20,216 bases of DNA from an uncultured virus (IMG/VR IMGVR_UViG_3300035501_000482) (IMGVR_UViG_3300035501_000482), one strand, 5' to 3'; positions 9,004 through 17,100 are shown, counted from the first letter of the stretch. The notes: a model not told the origin generated them from the sequence alone. Program-made: numbers and translations.

Positions 9004-9420
9004 ATGAAAAATAACAATTCAACTAGCACTGCTTCCAAACTGGAGGCTTTGGTATCAAACCAAATCTCAACAGCTATCGAAAATGCTAAGGCTTCTAAGA
9101 AACAGCCTAAAACCAAGAAGGAATCTAAACCAGAACCTGAAGCTAAAATCGAGGAAGTTACAAAGGAAGTAACCAACCAACAGAACTTAGCTATAGTAGA
9201 GAAGGTAATCAGTAACCGAGAAGTCAAATACCTTTATCCTGCAGATGTAGTTGATACTCTTGCTCGCAAAAGATGGAGACAAGCTACCAGAAACGAATTG
9301 CACACACTCGAAAGAAAGATGCACAGAATCCAGGATCAAAACTCCAAGGAATATCAGGAAGCTAAACGGGAATACGAAAAATTCTTGGCATCTCACTTAA
9401 AGCCCAATCAGATTGCTTAA
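9004..9420 (+). CDS. Hypothetical protein
   Basis: 138-aa ORF between P2 and a terminator. Confidence 0.85.
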   Translation: MKNNNSTSTASKLEALVSNQISTAIENAKASKKQPKTKKESKPEPEAKIEEVTKEVTNQQNLAIVEKVISNREVKYLYPADVVDTLARKRWRQATRNELHTLERKMHRIQDQNSKEYQEAKREYEKFLASHLKPNQIA

Positions 9421-9422
9421 TG

Positions 9423-9450
9423 GAGAAGGGGACTACGGTCCCCTTCTTTT
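9423..9450 (+). terminator. Intrinsic terminator
   Basis: GAGAAGGGGAC-TACG-GTCCCCTTC followed by TTTT. Confidence 0.85.
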
Positions 9451-9488
9451 CAAACTAAATTAATTACCCACTACAAAACATAACAACC

Positions 9489-9749
9489 ATGGCAACTGCA
9501 GCATACAGGGTTTTTGGAGATAAGGTCTTGCTCAAATGGAACAGAGACTTACTAGAATTACACAAAAGGGTCCTAACAACCTACTTAGTATCAAAAGGTA
9601 TAAAAGCTTCTACAAGGAAGAAGTTCTTTATAATCTATGATATGGATGTGACAGAAGACAATATCAAAGCTATATTTTATAAGCCCACTGACTTAGTAGT
9701 AAAAGCTCTGGTAATGGATAGAATAAAAGATATAATAGACATTTTATAG
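9489..9749 (+). CDS. Hypothetical protein
   Basis: 86-aa ORF at the start of a tightly packed gene run. Confidence 0.7.
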   Translation: MATAAYRVFGDKVLLKWNRDLLELHKRVLTTYLVSKGIKASTRKKFFIIYDMDVTEDNIKAIFYKPTDLVVKALVMDRIKDIIDIL

Positions 9750-9751
9750 GT

Positions 9752-10165
9752 ATGTATACAGAACAAGTTGGAAAGCTTTTCATTGGAAAGTTTAAAATGA
9801 AAATAAAGTATGTGCCTAATGATAAACCAGAAGGAACCACTCTTGGAGAACTTCCTACATTCTGGGATTTTAATCAGGTAAAGAAGGTATATAAGTTATT
9901 TACTGAAGAAGTAATAACGGATATACTCAAGATCAAGAGGCAATATAATAAACAAACACTTCCAGATTGGTATATACTGGGTAGATATAACCCATTAACC
10001 GATGAATTCGTTATGGATAAGGTTAAATATACCCACATGGCTTTTATTACTGGGCTTCCAAAAGGACACGTAATATATGCAGGAAAATCCAGTGAAGCTA
10101 TACGACCAATGGAGATATATAAGGATAAGTTTAGACAATACATTTTACACCTAATAAAGATATGA
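9752..10165 (+). CDS. Hypothetical protein
   Basis: 137-aa ORF with ATGA coupling to the next gene. Confidence 0.75.
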   Translation: MYTEQVGKLFIGKFKMKIKYVPNDKPEGTTLGELPTFWDFNQVKKVYKLFTEEVITDILKIKRQYNKQTLPDWYILGRYNPLTDEFVMDKVKYTHMAFITGLPKGHVIYAGKSSEAIRPMEIYKDKFRQYILHLIKI

Positions 10166-10488
10166 TAACACCAAACGGTAAAGAAATTAAGACAGAAAAC
10201 GAACTCTTCATGGAGAGATTCGGAGAAGAATGGAACAATCGATTAGCTGACGTAAAAGATTATAATGATTTTAGGCAGTTAGTTGGGAGTATGGCTGATA
10301 AATATATTATACTTAAGAAGCCAAAAGTTAAAAAGAATAAGATAGTTGGAGATAAGCAATGGAATTACTTCTATGCTGCTTATATTACACCAAGTAGAGC
10401 TAGGCTTTTCCCAGAGAAGCAGGCTTGGATATCAAATCGGAGGGAAATAGATGCGCAACGGAAGCAAAACCAAGGACCTTCACGGTAA
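10162..10488 (+). CDS. Hypothetical protein
   Basis: 108-aa ORF with an ATGA overlap. Confidence 0.7.
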   Translation: MITPNGKEIKTENELFMERFGEEWNNRLADVKDYNDFRQLVGSMADKYIILKKPKVKKNKIVGDKQWNYFYAAYITPSRARLFPEKQAWISNRREIDAQRKQNQGPSR

Positions 10489-10741
10489 TCTATACATGAT
10501 TAAAGGATGGGAAATACTCCCATCCTTTCCCGTTTATGATAAGTATACACATCTATCTTTCAGTAGGGATGTTATCAATCATATAAAGTATGTAACTTAT
10601 GGCCATAGGTTTGATGAGTACTTTATGCTAGTGCTAACCTGCTATGGGCTATGGGTTAAGTTTGAATTGAATTTTATAGAGCACAACGATTTAGAAGATA
10701 TAAGAAAAAGCTATATACATGGTAACAAATATCATTCGTAA
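10451..10741 (+). CDS. Hypothetical protein (start uncertain)
   Basis: 96-aa ORF filling the gap between neighbours. Confidence 0.6.
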   Translation: MRNGSKTKDLHGNLYMIKGWEILPSFPVYDKYTHLSFSRDVINHIKYVTYGHRFDEYFMLVLTCYGLWVKFELNFIEHNDLEDIRKSYIHGNKYHS

Positions 10742-11621
10742 CCCAAGACCAATGGGATTAACCGCTATGTCTCAGGAGTATCAGAAGACAAAAGAAGAAG
10801 GTACTCTGATGAAAATATACCAATATATAATCAATCAGTGGTACGTGAACACGGGTAACTTATGTGGAACTTACTATGATGTAAGTGAACTAGCCACTAA
10901 ATATGGTATACCAAAAGAGATGATCACTCTGTATATGAGAGATACCGTACTTAATTCCAAGTTATGGGATAAGGATAAGCAAGAGCAAATGGTACAAGGC
11001 CTGCTTGGAGAACAATTAATGTGGGCAATGGAGGACAGGATGGAAATAGTTAACCAGGTTAACCTATTAAAAAGATCTCAGGGAGGTAAGTATACCCCAT
11101 TTATAACTGCAGAGGTAAATAAAGCCATGAAACTTAGATTGGAGGCCTCTACCTCATTACAGTCAATAGTAAGGGGATTAACTGGAGGAGGTACTTATAA
11201 TATCTTTAATCAGTTCAATCAGCAGAATAATACGACTAATCTAGAGCAAAATAATTATATTACCATAGAACAAGCAAGGGAGATAATTCAAGAGTCCTCT
11301 AGATTAGAAGATAGAAGCGAAGAGGCAAAATACCTTGAAGCAAAATATGATATTGAAGCCCTGCCAGAAGTATGCGCCACAAAACAGACTGGGATTGATA
11401 CCTCTAAAGAAGGCCTTACGCTAAATAAAGCAGAGATAGAAAGTATAGTTGGAGATTACAAAGGAGCAATAGAAATATCCTCAAAGGAACACCATGAGAT
11501 CAGAAGGGAAATTGAGGAAAGAATAGGCCAAGATGAGGAGGACCCTGAGTTGGATATTTACGAAGATCCTATGCCAGATGAAGAAGTTAGTATTAGTTCA
11601 CAATATTTAATGCCACAGTAG
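10719..11621 (+). CDS. Hypothetical protein with HTH-like segment, coiled coil and acidic tail (terminase small subunit-like architecture, unconfirmed)
   Basis: 300-aa ORF with YYDVSELATKYGIPKEMITLYM (HTH-like) and an N/Q-rich linker. The function is inference only. Confidence 0.7.
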   Translation: MVTNIIRNPRPMGLTAMSQEYQKTKEEGTLMKIYQYIINQWYVNTGNLCGTYYDVSELATKYGIPKEMITLYMRDTVLNSKLWDKDKQEQMVQGLLGEQLMWAMEDRMEIVNQVNLLKRSQGGKYTPFITAEVNKAMKLRLEASTSLQSIVRGLTGGGTYNIFNQFNQQNNTTNLEQNNYITIEQAREIIQESSRLEDRSEEAKYLEAKYDIEALPEVCATKQTGIDTSKEGLTLNKAEIESIVGDYKGAIEISSKEHHEIRREIEERIGQDEEDPELDIYEDPMPDEEVSISSQYLMPQ

Positions 11622-11622
11622 T

Positions 11623-12282
11623 ATGTTTAATATTTTCAAAAGGAGAAAGCCAAGCGGTAAGCAAAACCAGGTTTACCTAAGCAGTGATAACCGAGTTATA
11701 TTAGGGGGTCCTTATGGATTGTTAATCCGTAAAATAATAAGGGATCTGAGTATAGTAAATAATATCTACGATGATGATGTGTATAGTTATATTTTGGATG
11801 ACTATAATGAGAATTACGAGGTATATGATTTAGTACCATTATTATTGCCATGCAGAGTACCAAAATTAATGTATGCTAGTCACCGTGACATGACTTTAAA
11901 GGCCTCCAAGGCAATATATAATGAGATATATAAGTCGGTTTTGGTTAATGCCGATGACTTAATCCCAGAATTATTCCATATAACTAAGGTACATGAAGAT
12001 CTATTAATGGGCCTGTATGATATATCAATACCATACATGGATAGAGCTGAAGTAGATTCAGACGAATTTAGAAACCTAATCCGTTACCATTATTTAAAGG
12101 AATGGGATGCTTTCTTTTTTGGTAACATGGACACTATTCAAGAGAACGTAGTGGCTTTCGATAACCTTATTATATCATTTATTAAATCTAGAGCGTCAAA
12201 CGAAGATAATAAACAAACAATACATAATGTTATCGAAAGAAGACTAGAAAAGATCGCAAAGGATGCCCAGCGAGACGAATAA
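11623..12282 (+). CDS. Hypothetical protein
   Basis: 219-aa ORF. Confidence 0.8.
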   Translation: MFNIFKRRKPSGKQNQVYLSSDNRVILGGPYGLLIRKIIRDLSIVNNIYDDDVYSYILDDYNENYEVYDLVPLLLPCRVPKLMYASHRDMTLKASKAIYNEIYKSVLVNADDLIPELFHITKVHEDLLMGLYDISIPYMDRAEVDSDEFRNLIRYHYLKEWDAFFFGNMDTIQENVVAFDNLIISFIKSRASNEDNKQTIHNVIERRLEKIAKDAQRDE

Positions 12283-12346
12283 CCTCAGCTTATATAAAAA
12301 TAATTAGTAATTTATTTGCTATATATAAAATAATGTAGTAATTTTG
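12283..12346 (+). promoter_or_regulatory. Bacteroidota-type promoter P3 with CCTCAGC box
   Basis: CCTCAGC 12283; TTTG 12315-12318; 20-nt spacer; TAATTTTG 12339-12346; 41 nt identical to P1. Confidence 0.85.
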
Positions 12347-12375
12347 CAGCGTAAAATTATAAATAATTAGTCGAT

Positions 12376-13038
12376 ATGATACACACATTAAACGAGTACA
12401 CCACCCTATATAACTTTACGGGTGATAACGAAAGCCCAATACAAAAACTTGAGATGGGCTTTTTCAAAAGAAATCGGGGCAGCTTACTATTCCATGCTGA
12501 TAACTTGATTAATGCTGGTTACGAATGCAACTCATTATATGGAGTCTTCAACATGTACAAGATGGTACATAAGCTGCAAACAATCCAAGGAAAAGAACAG
12601 GATCTCTACCATATTAGATTGGTATTCCTAATTGGATCCTATGAATTATTCGCTGAACTCCAGGTTAATACAAAACAATATAACGAGGATCCCGCTAAAA
12701 CATGGTTTGACTTACAGACTCCTAAAGATACCAGTAAATATCTTGCCCTAGATAATGGGTGGATATTACAATGGGAGGATGCCTTGAACCATTTATCAAG
12801 GCTTAACCTAATGGAAACTTGGATACAAGGCCTATCATTTATAGCTGCTTATTATAAACTAATGGATAAAGAGGGCTTAGAACTATCCTATGAGGAAACT
12901 AGAAATATGGACAAATTATATGAAGTACTTAAGGATTTAACCCATCTTATGGAAGCACCAGGCAAACTGGACTTCCTATACCATAGCCAAAATATTGCCC
13001 AAGCTATATCCGATAAGATGCACAGACTATATTACTAG
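12376..13038 (+). CDS. Hypothetical protein (putative early gene)
   Basis: 220-aa ORF between P3 and a terminator. Confidence 0.8.
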   Translation: MIHTLNEYTTLYNFTGDNESPIQKLEMGFFKRNRGSLLFHADNLINAGYECNSLYGVFNMYKMVHKLQTIQGKEQDLYHIRLVFLIGSYELFAELQVNTKQYNEDPAKTWFDLQTPKDTSKYLALDNGWILQWEDALNHLSRLNLMETWIQGLSFIAAYYKLMDKEGLELSYEETRNMDKLYEVLKDLTHLMEAPGKLDFLYHSQNIAQAISDKMHRLYY

Positions 13039-13068
13039 GATTTCCATACTGATTGTTTTATTTGTTCT

Positions 13069-13101
13069 GGTGGCTGGGTTAAACATTGCCCAGCCATCTT
13101 T
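13069..13101 (+). terminator. Probable intrinsic terminator
   Basis: GGTGGCTGGGT-N8-GCCCAGCCATC followed by TTT. Confidence 0.7.
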
Positions 13102-13109
13102 ACCTAGAA

Positions 13110-13172
13110 CCTCAGCTTTTATAAAATAATTTGAAAATAATTTGGTACATTAAAAATTTTGTCGTACCTTTG
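13110..13172 (+). promoter_or_regulatory. Bacteroidota-type promoter P4 with CCTCAGC box
   Basis: CCTCAGC 13110; TTTG 13141-13144; 20-nt spacer; TACCTTTG 13165-13172. Confidence 0.85.
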
Positions 13173-13199
13173 CAGTATAAATAATAAAGATATAAATAT

Positions 13200-13772
13200 A
13201 TGAATAATATGCAACCAACCAGAACTATAATGCCTATCAAGGCTCAACTTAACGGGAAAATTCCCTACATGAAACCTCTTATGGATAACAATGGTCATAC
13301 CATACTAAAGGCTAATAACCTAAGAGCTATACCCTCAAAATTTATACAGGCTTTACCAAAGCCAGCTCCATCTTATTATGCTTACTATGACCTAAGTAAT
13401 TACACCCATTATGAATTACTCCAGTTACTAAACCAGGAGATGCACAAACTAGAATTAACTTATATAGAAGAAATACATCAGGACCCATACCTAGAATTAG
13501 GCACTGGTTACGAACCAATATATTACGGAGAATGGGTATACTTCTTACTTACCCTAGCCTATATTATAAGTGAACATACCTATAATTTCGTTTACCACGA
13601 ATATGAGGCACTCGTAAAACAAAAGCCATTTAACAATGAATATTTCTCTGGAGTACTATTCAACAGTAAGGGTGCCAGAATACCAACTTTAAAATCCACT
13701 CTATTAGAGATACAGAGGGATCTAGAGTTATTCTATCATTACTACAGAGAACTATATTCGAATGACAAATAA
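13200..13772 (+). CDS. Hypothetical Tyr-rich protein immediately upstream of the hairpin array
   Basis: 190-aa ORF after P4. Confidence 0.8.
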   Translation: MNNMQPTRTIMPIKAQLNGKIPYMKPLMDNNGHTILKANNLRAIPSKFIQALPKPAPSYYAYYDLSNYTHYELLQLLNQEMHKLELTYIEEIHQDPYLELGTGYEPIYYGEWVYFLLTLAYIISEHTYNFVYHEYEALVKQKPFNNEYFSGVLFNSKGARIPTLKSTLLEIQRDLELFYHYYRELYSNDK

Positions 13773-14292
13773 AGTTTCATATTTATATATGCTATCCACC
13801 GAGGTGCTCTCGGGGACATTGGTAATGCACTTGGGAAAGACCATTACTAAATGATACAGCATTCTTTACAGTTTTCACAATGATTAATATCCGAAGCAGA
13901 GCTTCTGCGAAGACCCTCTGCTATTTTAAACTAGAGCATAAACATTTTGATTATATCTTGACCTATATACCCCTGAGAAGGGACTGGTCATCACATTATT
14001 CATAATTAATTGGTTATTAAAAAACACCATACCTGGCCTCTGGGAAGATCCCAGGTTATTAACTAGAACATTCATGATACTTTGAATATATTTTTATCCA
14101 TCCCAGGCCCTTGAGAAAGCCCCTTGGCTTTTACTTATAACGAACTGTATTTTCATGTAAGACATATTATTCATATTCGTAGCTTGGCTCATGTGAATGC
14201 CCCAAGCTTTTACAAGCAAAAACACCGTGACTAAATCATATATTTTAAACAGATTAAGCTAGGCCCTTGAGAAAGTCCCTAGCTTTTATTTT
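13773..14292 (+). ncRNA. Putative small-RNA array: 7 conserved GNGA-tetraloop hairpins separated by unique antisense-like spacers
   Basis: Hairpins at 13822-13847, 13895-13922, 13959-13990, 14031-14056, 14103-14127, 14181-14208 and 14256-14285. The stems covary and there is no ORF. The last hairpin is followed by a T-rich tract. Confidence 0.75.
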
Positions 14293-14336
14293 GTAACCCA
14301 TTCTAGGCAATGCCCAACCATGGACCTAGACCCAAA

Positions 14337-14410
14337 CCTCAGAATTTTGAAAATAAAATGAATTTTTTCTCTAAAATATTTTGATATTTAAAAATAATTT
14401 CGTAACTTTG
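14337..14410 (+). promoter_or_regulatory. Bacteroidota-type promoter P5 with CCTCAGA box
   Basis: CCTCAGA 14337; TTTG 14380-14383; 19-nt spacer; TAACTTTG 14403-14410. Confidence 0.8.
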
Positions 14411-14436
14411 CAGTAAATAATTAGAGATATAAATAT

Positions 14437-14571
14437 ATGATTAAAAACAATGAAACCAACCGCTATCCGGGCACCCAATGCCCTAAACCAAATGCCCAAG
14501 GCAATTGCCGGGGCTCCGAGATTAAACTAATCACAGTATTAACAAGACAACAATTAAAATCAACAGTATGA
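14437..14571 (+). CDS. Putative 44-aa small protein (not in ORF track)
   Basis: First ATG after P5. Its leader (AGATATAAATAT) is identical to that of the 13200 gene, and its stop overlaps the next start (ATGA). Sequence: MIKNNETNRYPGTQCPKPNAQGNCRGSEIKLITVLTRQQLKSTV. Confidence 0.45.
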   Translation: MIKNNETNRYPGTQCPKPNAQGNCRGSEIKLITVLTRQQLKSTV

Positions 14572-15137
14572 TATACCAAGCATTTTTATATCCTGGAAGC
14601 TCACAAGATTTCCTAAACCAGGCTTCAAAAGAATTTCCAAAAGATACAGTATCTAACGCTATGCGTAACTACTTCACTAAGTGGATTACCCAAACCAACC
14701 AGAGACCAGAAATCGAACTGGCAGGAAACAATAACTATGGTCCTTACTTAGCACTAGAACATGCCATAGCTAGCCTATCTGAAAAGATAGAACAAACCAG
14801 CTTACTAATAATAGCCCATGACGGTTTCCTATCAGTAACCCAGGAAATGAAACCAAGTAACAACCGCTACGTATGGCTATTATCTATATTCTTAGCTTAT
14901 CCAGATGGTACTATAGTTGATCTACATCAAGCTTACAGTACAAGAGAAAAAGCTATTGAAGCTCTACAAGATAGGATACAACTTTCCAGAGACTCCTTCT
15001 CGGGAGATATACTAGATCAAGGACGTATAACCTACAATGATCCCGATCACTATAGCTGGATCAAAACAGAAGGGGTTTACTCAGAGATCAAACTAACAGT
15101 AGACTCATTAAAACTAGACTTATATGCCAACCACTAA
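14568..15137 (+). CDS. Hypothetical protein (putative early gene)
   Basis: 189-aa ORF. Confidence 0.8.
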   Translation: MIYQAFLYPGSSQDFLNQASKEFPKDTVSNAMRNYFTKWITQTNQRPEIELAGNNNYGPYLALEHAIASLSEKIEQTSLLIIAHDGFLSVTQEMKPSNNRYVWLLSIFLAYPDGTIVDLHQAYSTREKAIEALQDRIQLSRDSFSGDILDQGRITYNDPDHYSWIKTEGVYSEIKLTVDSLKLDLYANH

Positions 15138-15723
15138 TTTAAATTACACACATATGAAACCAAATAACTTTGTCCAAAGAGTTAAAGTAACTCTTTTCCT
15201 AGACCAGAACGTAACCAATACATATGAGTTCAACATATACGATTCTATCATAGACTTCGTATCAGACCAATACAGCTTAAAACAAATCCTAGAAATGGCC
15301 ATGGACGAAGATAACATGACCCTTAACAATGGAGAATACGGAGAATTTACCAATTACCACGAGTTCTTCAACTTAAAGAAAGACTTAGACTCAGGCCTAG
15401 TAAAGGATTACTCACTAGAAGTACATATAACCCATGAAACCAAGGGTAACGACTACCTATCAGTAAAGGATCTTCAACTAGAGATTACCAGAGCAGCCAA
15501 AGCCTATCTAGAGAATCAAATAGATAACGCACTTATAGATATTAGGAGTAACTTCGGAAATTCACTAGAAGACTTAAGAACTACCCTATTATCTTTGAAA
15601 GAAATATCTGATGAAGATCCAGACTACTCTCCAACTAATATAGGTAAGAAACTAGTAAATAAACTGGCAATACGAATAGCTAACGAACTGAACATCCTCG
15701 ACTATAAAGAACTACTCAAATGA
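15124..15723 (+). CDS. Hypothetical acidic protein (start may be 15154)
   Basis: 199-aa ORF with ATGA coupling to the next gene. Confidence 0.8.
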   Translation: MPTTNLNYTHMKPNNFVQRVKVTLFLDQNVTNTYEFNIYDSIIDFVSDQYSLKQILEMAMDEDNMTLNNGEYGEFTNYHEFFNLKKDLDSGLVKDYSLEVHITHETKGNDYLSVKDLQLEITRAAKAYLENQIDNALIDIRSNFGNSLEDLRTTLLSLKEISDEDPDYSPTNIGKKLVNKLAIRIANELNILDYKELLK

Positions 15724-16073
15724 TATACAGATACCTAGACTCCAAAGAATGGCAGGGCTTCGAACTAATAATCGAAGAGAACTGGATAGAAAACCCAGAA
15801 TGCTACCAGCTAGCTAATCACTGGCATCACCTCAGGGTAGTAGAAACCCTCATCCAAGAACTAATAAAGAAAAGCCACGGTAAAATCAAAAGCCAGGATC
15901 AACTATACCAAATGGATATACCAGACCAGACCCATATAGAAAAACTAATATGGAAAGCCTACAAGGCCATAGCTAATAAACTATACCCAGAAGAGAAAGC
16001 CTGGCCAGGCAATCAATCCGACTCAAACCTATTCTGGGCAATCCACGATTACTCAATCCAGAACCCAGAGTAA
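15720..16073 (+). CDS. Hypothetical protein
   Basis: 117-aa ORF followed by a terminator. Confidence 0.8.
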   Translation: MIYRYLDSKEWQGFELIIEENWIENPECYQLANHWHHLRVVETLIQELIKKSHGKIKSQDQLYQMDIPDQTHIEKLIWKAYKAIANKLYPEEKAWPGNQSDSNLFWAIHDYSIQNPE

Positions 16074-16082
16074 GACAAACAG

Positions 16083-16110
16083 AAGCCCTCCTAAATCCCG
16101 GAGGGCTTTT
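16083..16110 (+). terminator. Intrinsic terminator
   Basis: AAGCCCTCC-TAAATCCC-GGAGGGC followed by TTTT. Confidence 0.75.
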
Positions 16111-16439
16111 CCATGTTACCCTCCCACTCCAAACACAAAAAGAAATCCTAAACAAACCCCACAAATCTCAGACCCACAAACAAAAATAGAGGCCCACAAA
16201 TCCTAATACCCATACAAATAGAACCCACTCACCCCAAACAAGAAACAATAGGAAAAACAAAACCCACCAAACACCTAACCTGAATATACCAATAATATAA
16301 TACCCAACAAACGTACATATACATAGGCCTATAATAAATAACCCATTATAAACTAACCCTTCCTTTCCTTTCCTTTCTCCTTTTTTCCCTTCCATTTCAG
16401 CAATCCACTTCAATTTCTAACATCAGGTAGCTCAAAACT

Positions 16440-17100
16440 CATATCCTAGTTCCGGGGGAACGCCACCCCTGGGGCCTTGAGTTGAGGTTGCCTAATCCCG
16501 AACCAACCCACTGTCCACCCCACAGCTATCTAGCCCTATTAGAGGTACTTTCCGGCTATCCCAGCCAAATTTCCCAAGGGCCCAGCTTGGGGCACCCCAA
16601 ACCCCTAAATCCCAGCCTTAATCCCAGTCAAGGCCCAGACTAATCCCCAAAAGCCACAACGCTATCCCTTGAGACACGTAATGTCAGTTTAAGGCCGCTT
16701 TTTTAACACGTAGCTCATTTTATCGCGCCCTATACAAAAGTTAGTACTTTGGGGCTCAGGATTTAGGGGATTAGGCCTTAAATCCCAGAATTTTTGGGGC
16801 CTCAGAAGCTAGGATTTAATAAGGATTTAGGGCCCCATACCAGTAAATCCCTTTGCCTAAGAGGGGCAATTTAGGGGCCCCAAATGACCTAAATTGGGGC
16901 TCAGGATTAGGCAACTTTTGCATTAATTTCAAGGCCCCAAGGAGGCAAATCCCAGTCCTTTTAAGGCCCCTAATTTGGGCAAATTCAAGGCCCCAAATTA
17001 AAGCCCCAGTTCTCCCTTCAAGGCCCCAGAGGCCCCCAAAATATTAAAGATTAGGGGCCCCTAATGGAAGTTATCCCATGCCCAAATCCCATGCCCAGAA
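16440..17100. repeat. GC-richer non-coding region dense in short direct and inverted repeats
   Basis: AAGGCCCC x4 (16931, 16963, 16987, 17020); TTGGGGCTCAGGATT x2 (16749, 16894); palindrome ATTAGGGGCCCCTAAT at 17050-17065; nested inverted repeats. Confidence 0.7.

Noticed and set aside
10719..11621. Firm terminase small subunit call
   Set aside because: Only the general architecture fits; there is no large terminase gene nearby and no diagnostic motif.
13822..14285. tRNA cluster or simple run of terminators
   Set aside because: There are no cloverleafs or T-loop GTTC motifs. Most hairpins lack a proper U-tract, and the conserved internal loop is not needed for termination.
13773..14292. Canonical CRISPR array
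   Set aside because: The repeats are not sequence-identical (only the fold and GNGA loop are conserved) and there are no cas genes in the window.
16168..16413. Minus-strand hydrophobic ORF (also 15973-16164 and 16853-17047)
   Set aside because: These are products of low-complexity, skewed or repeat-rich non-coding sequence, with no promoter or typical leader.
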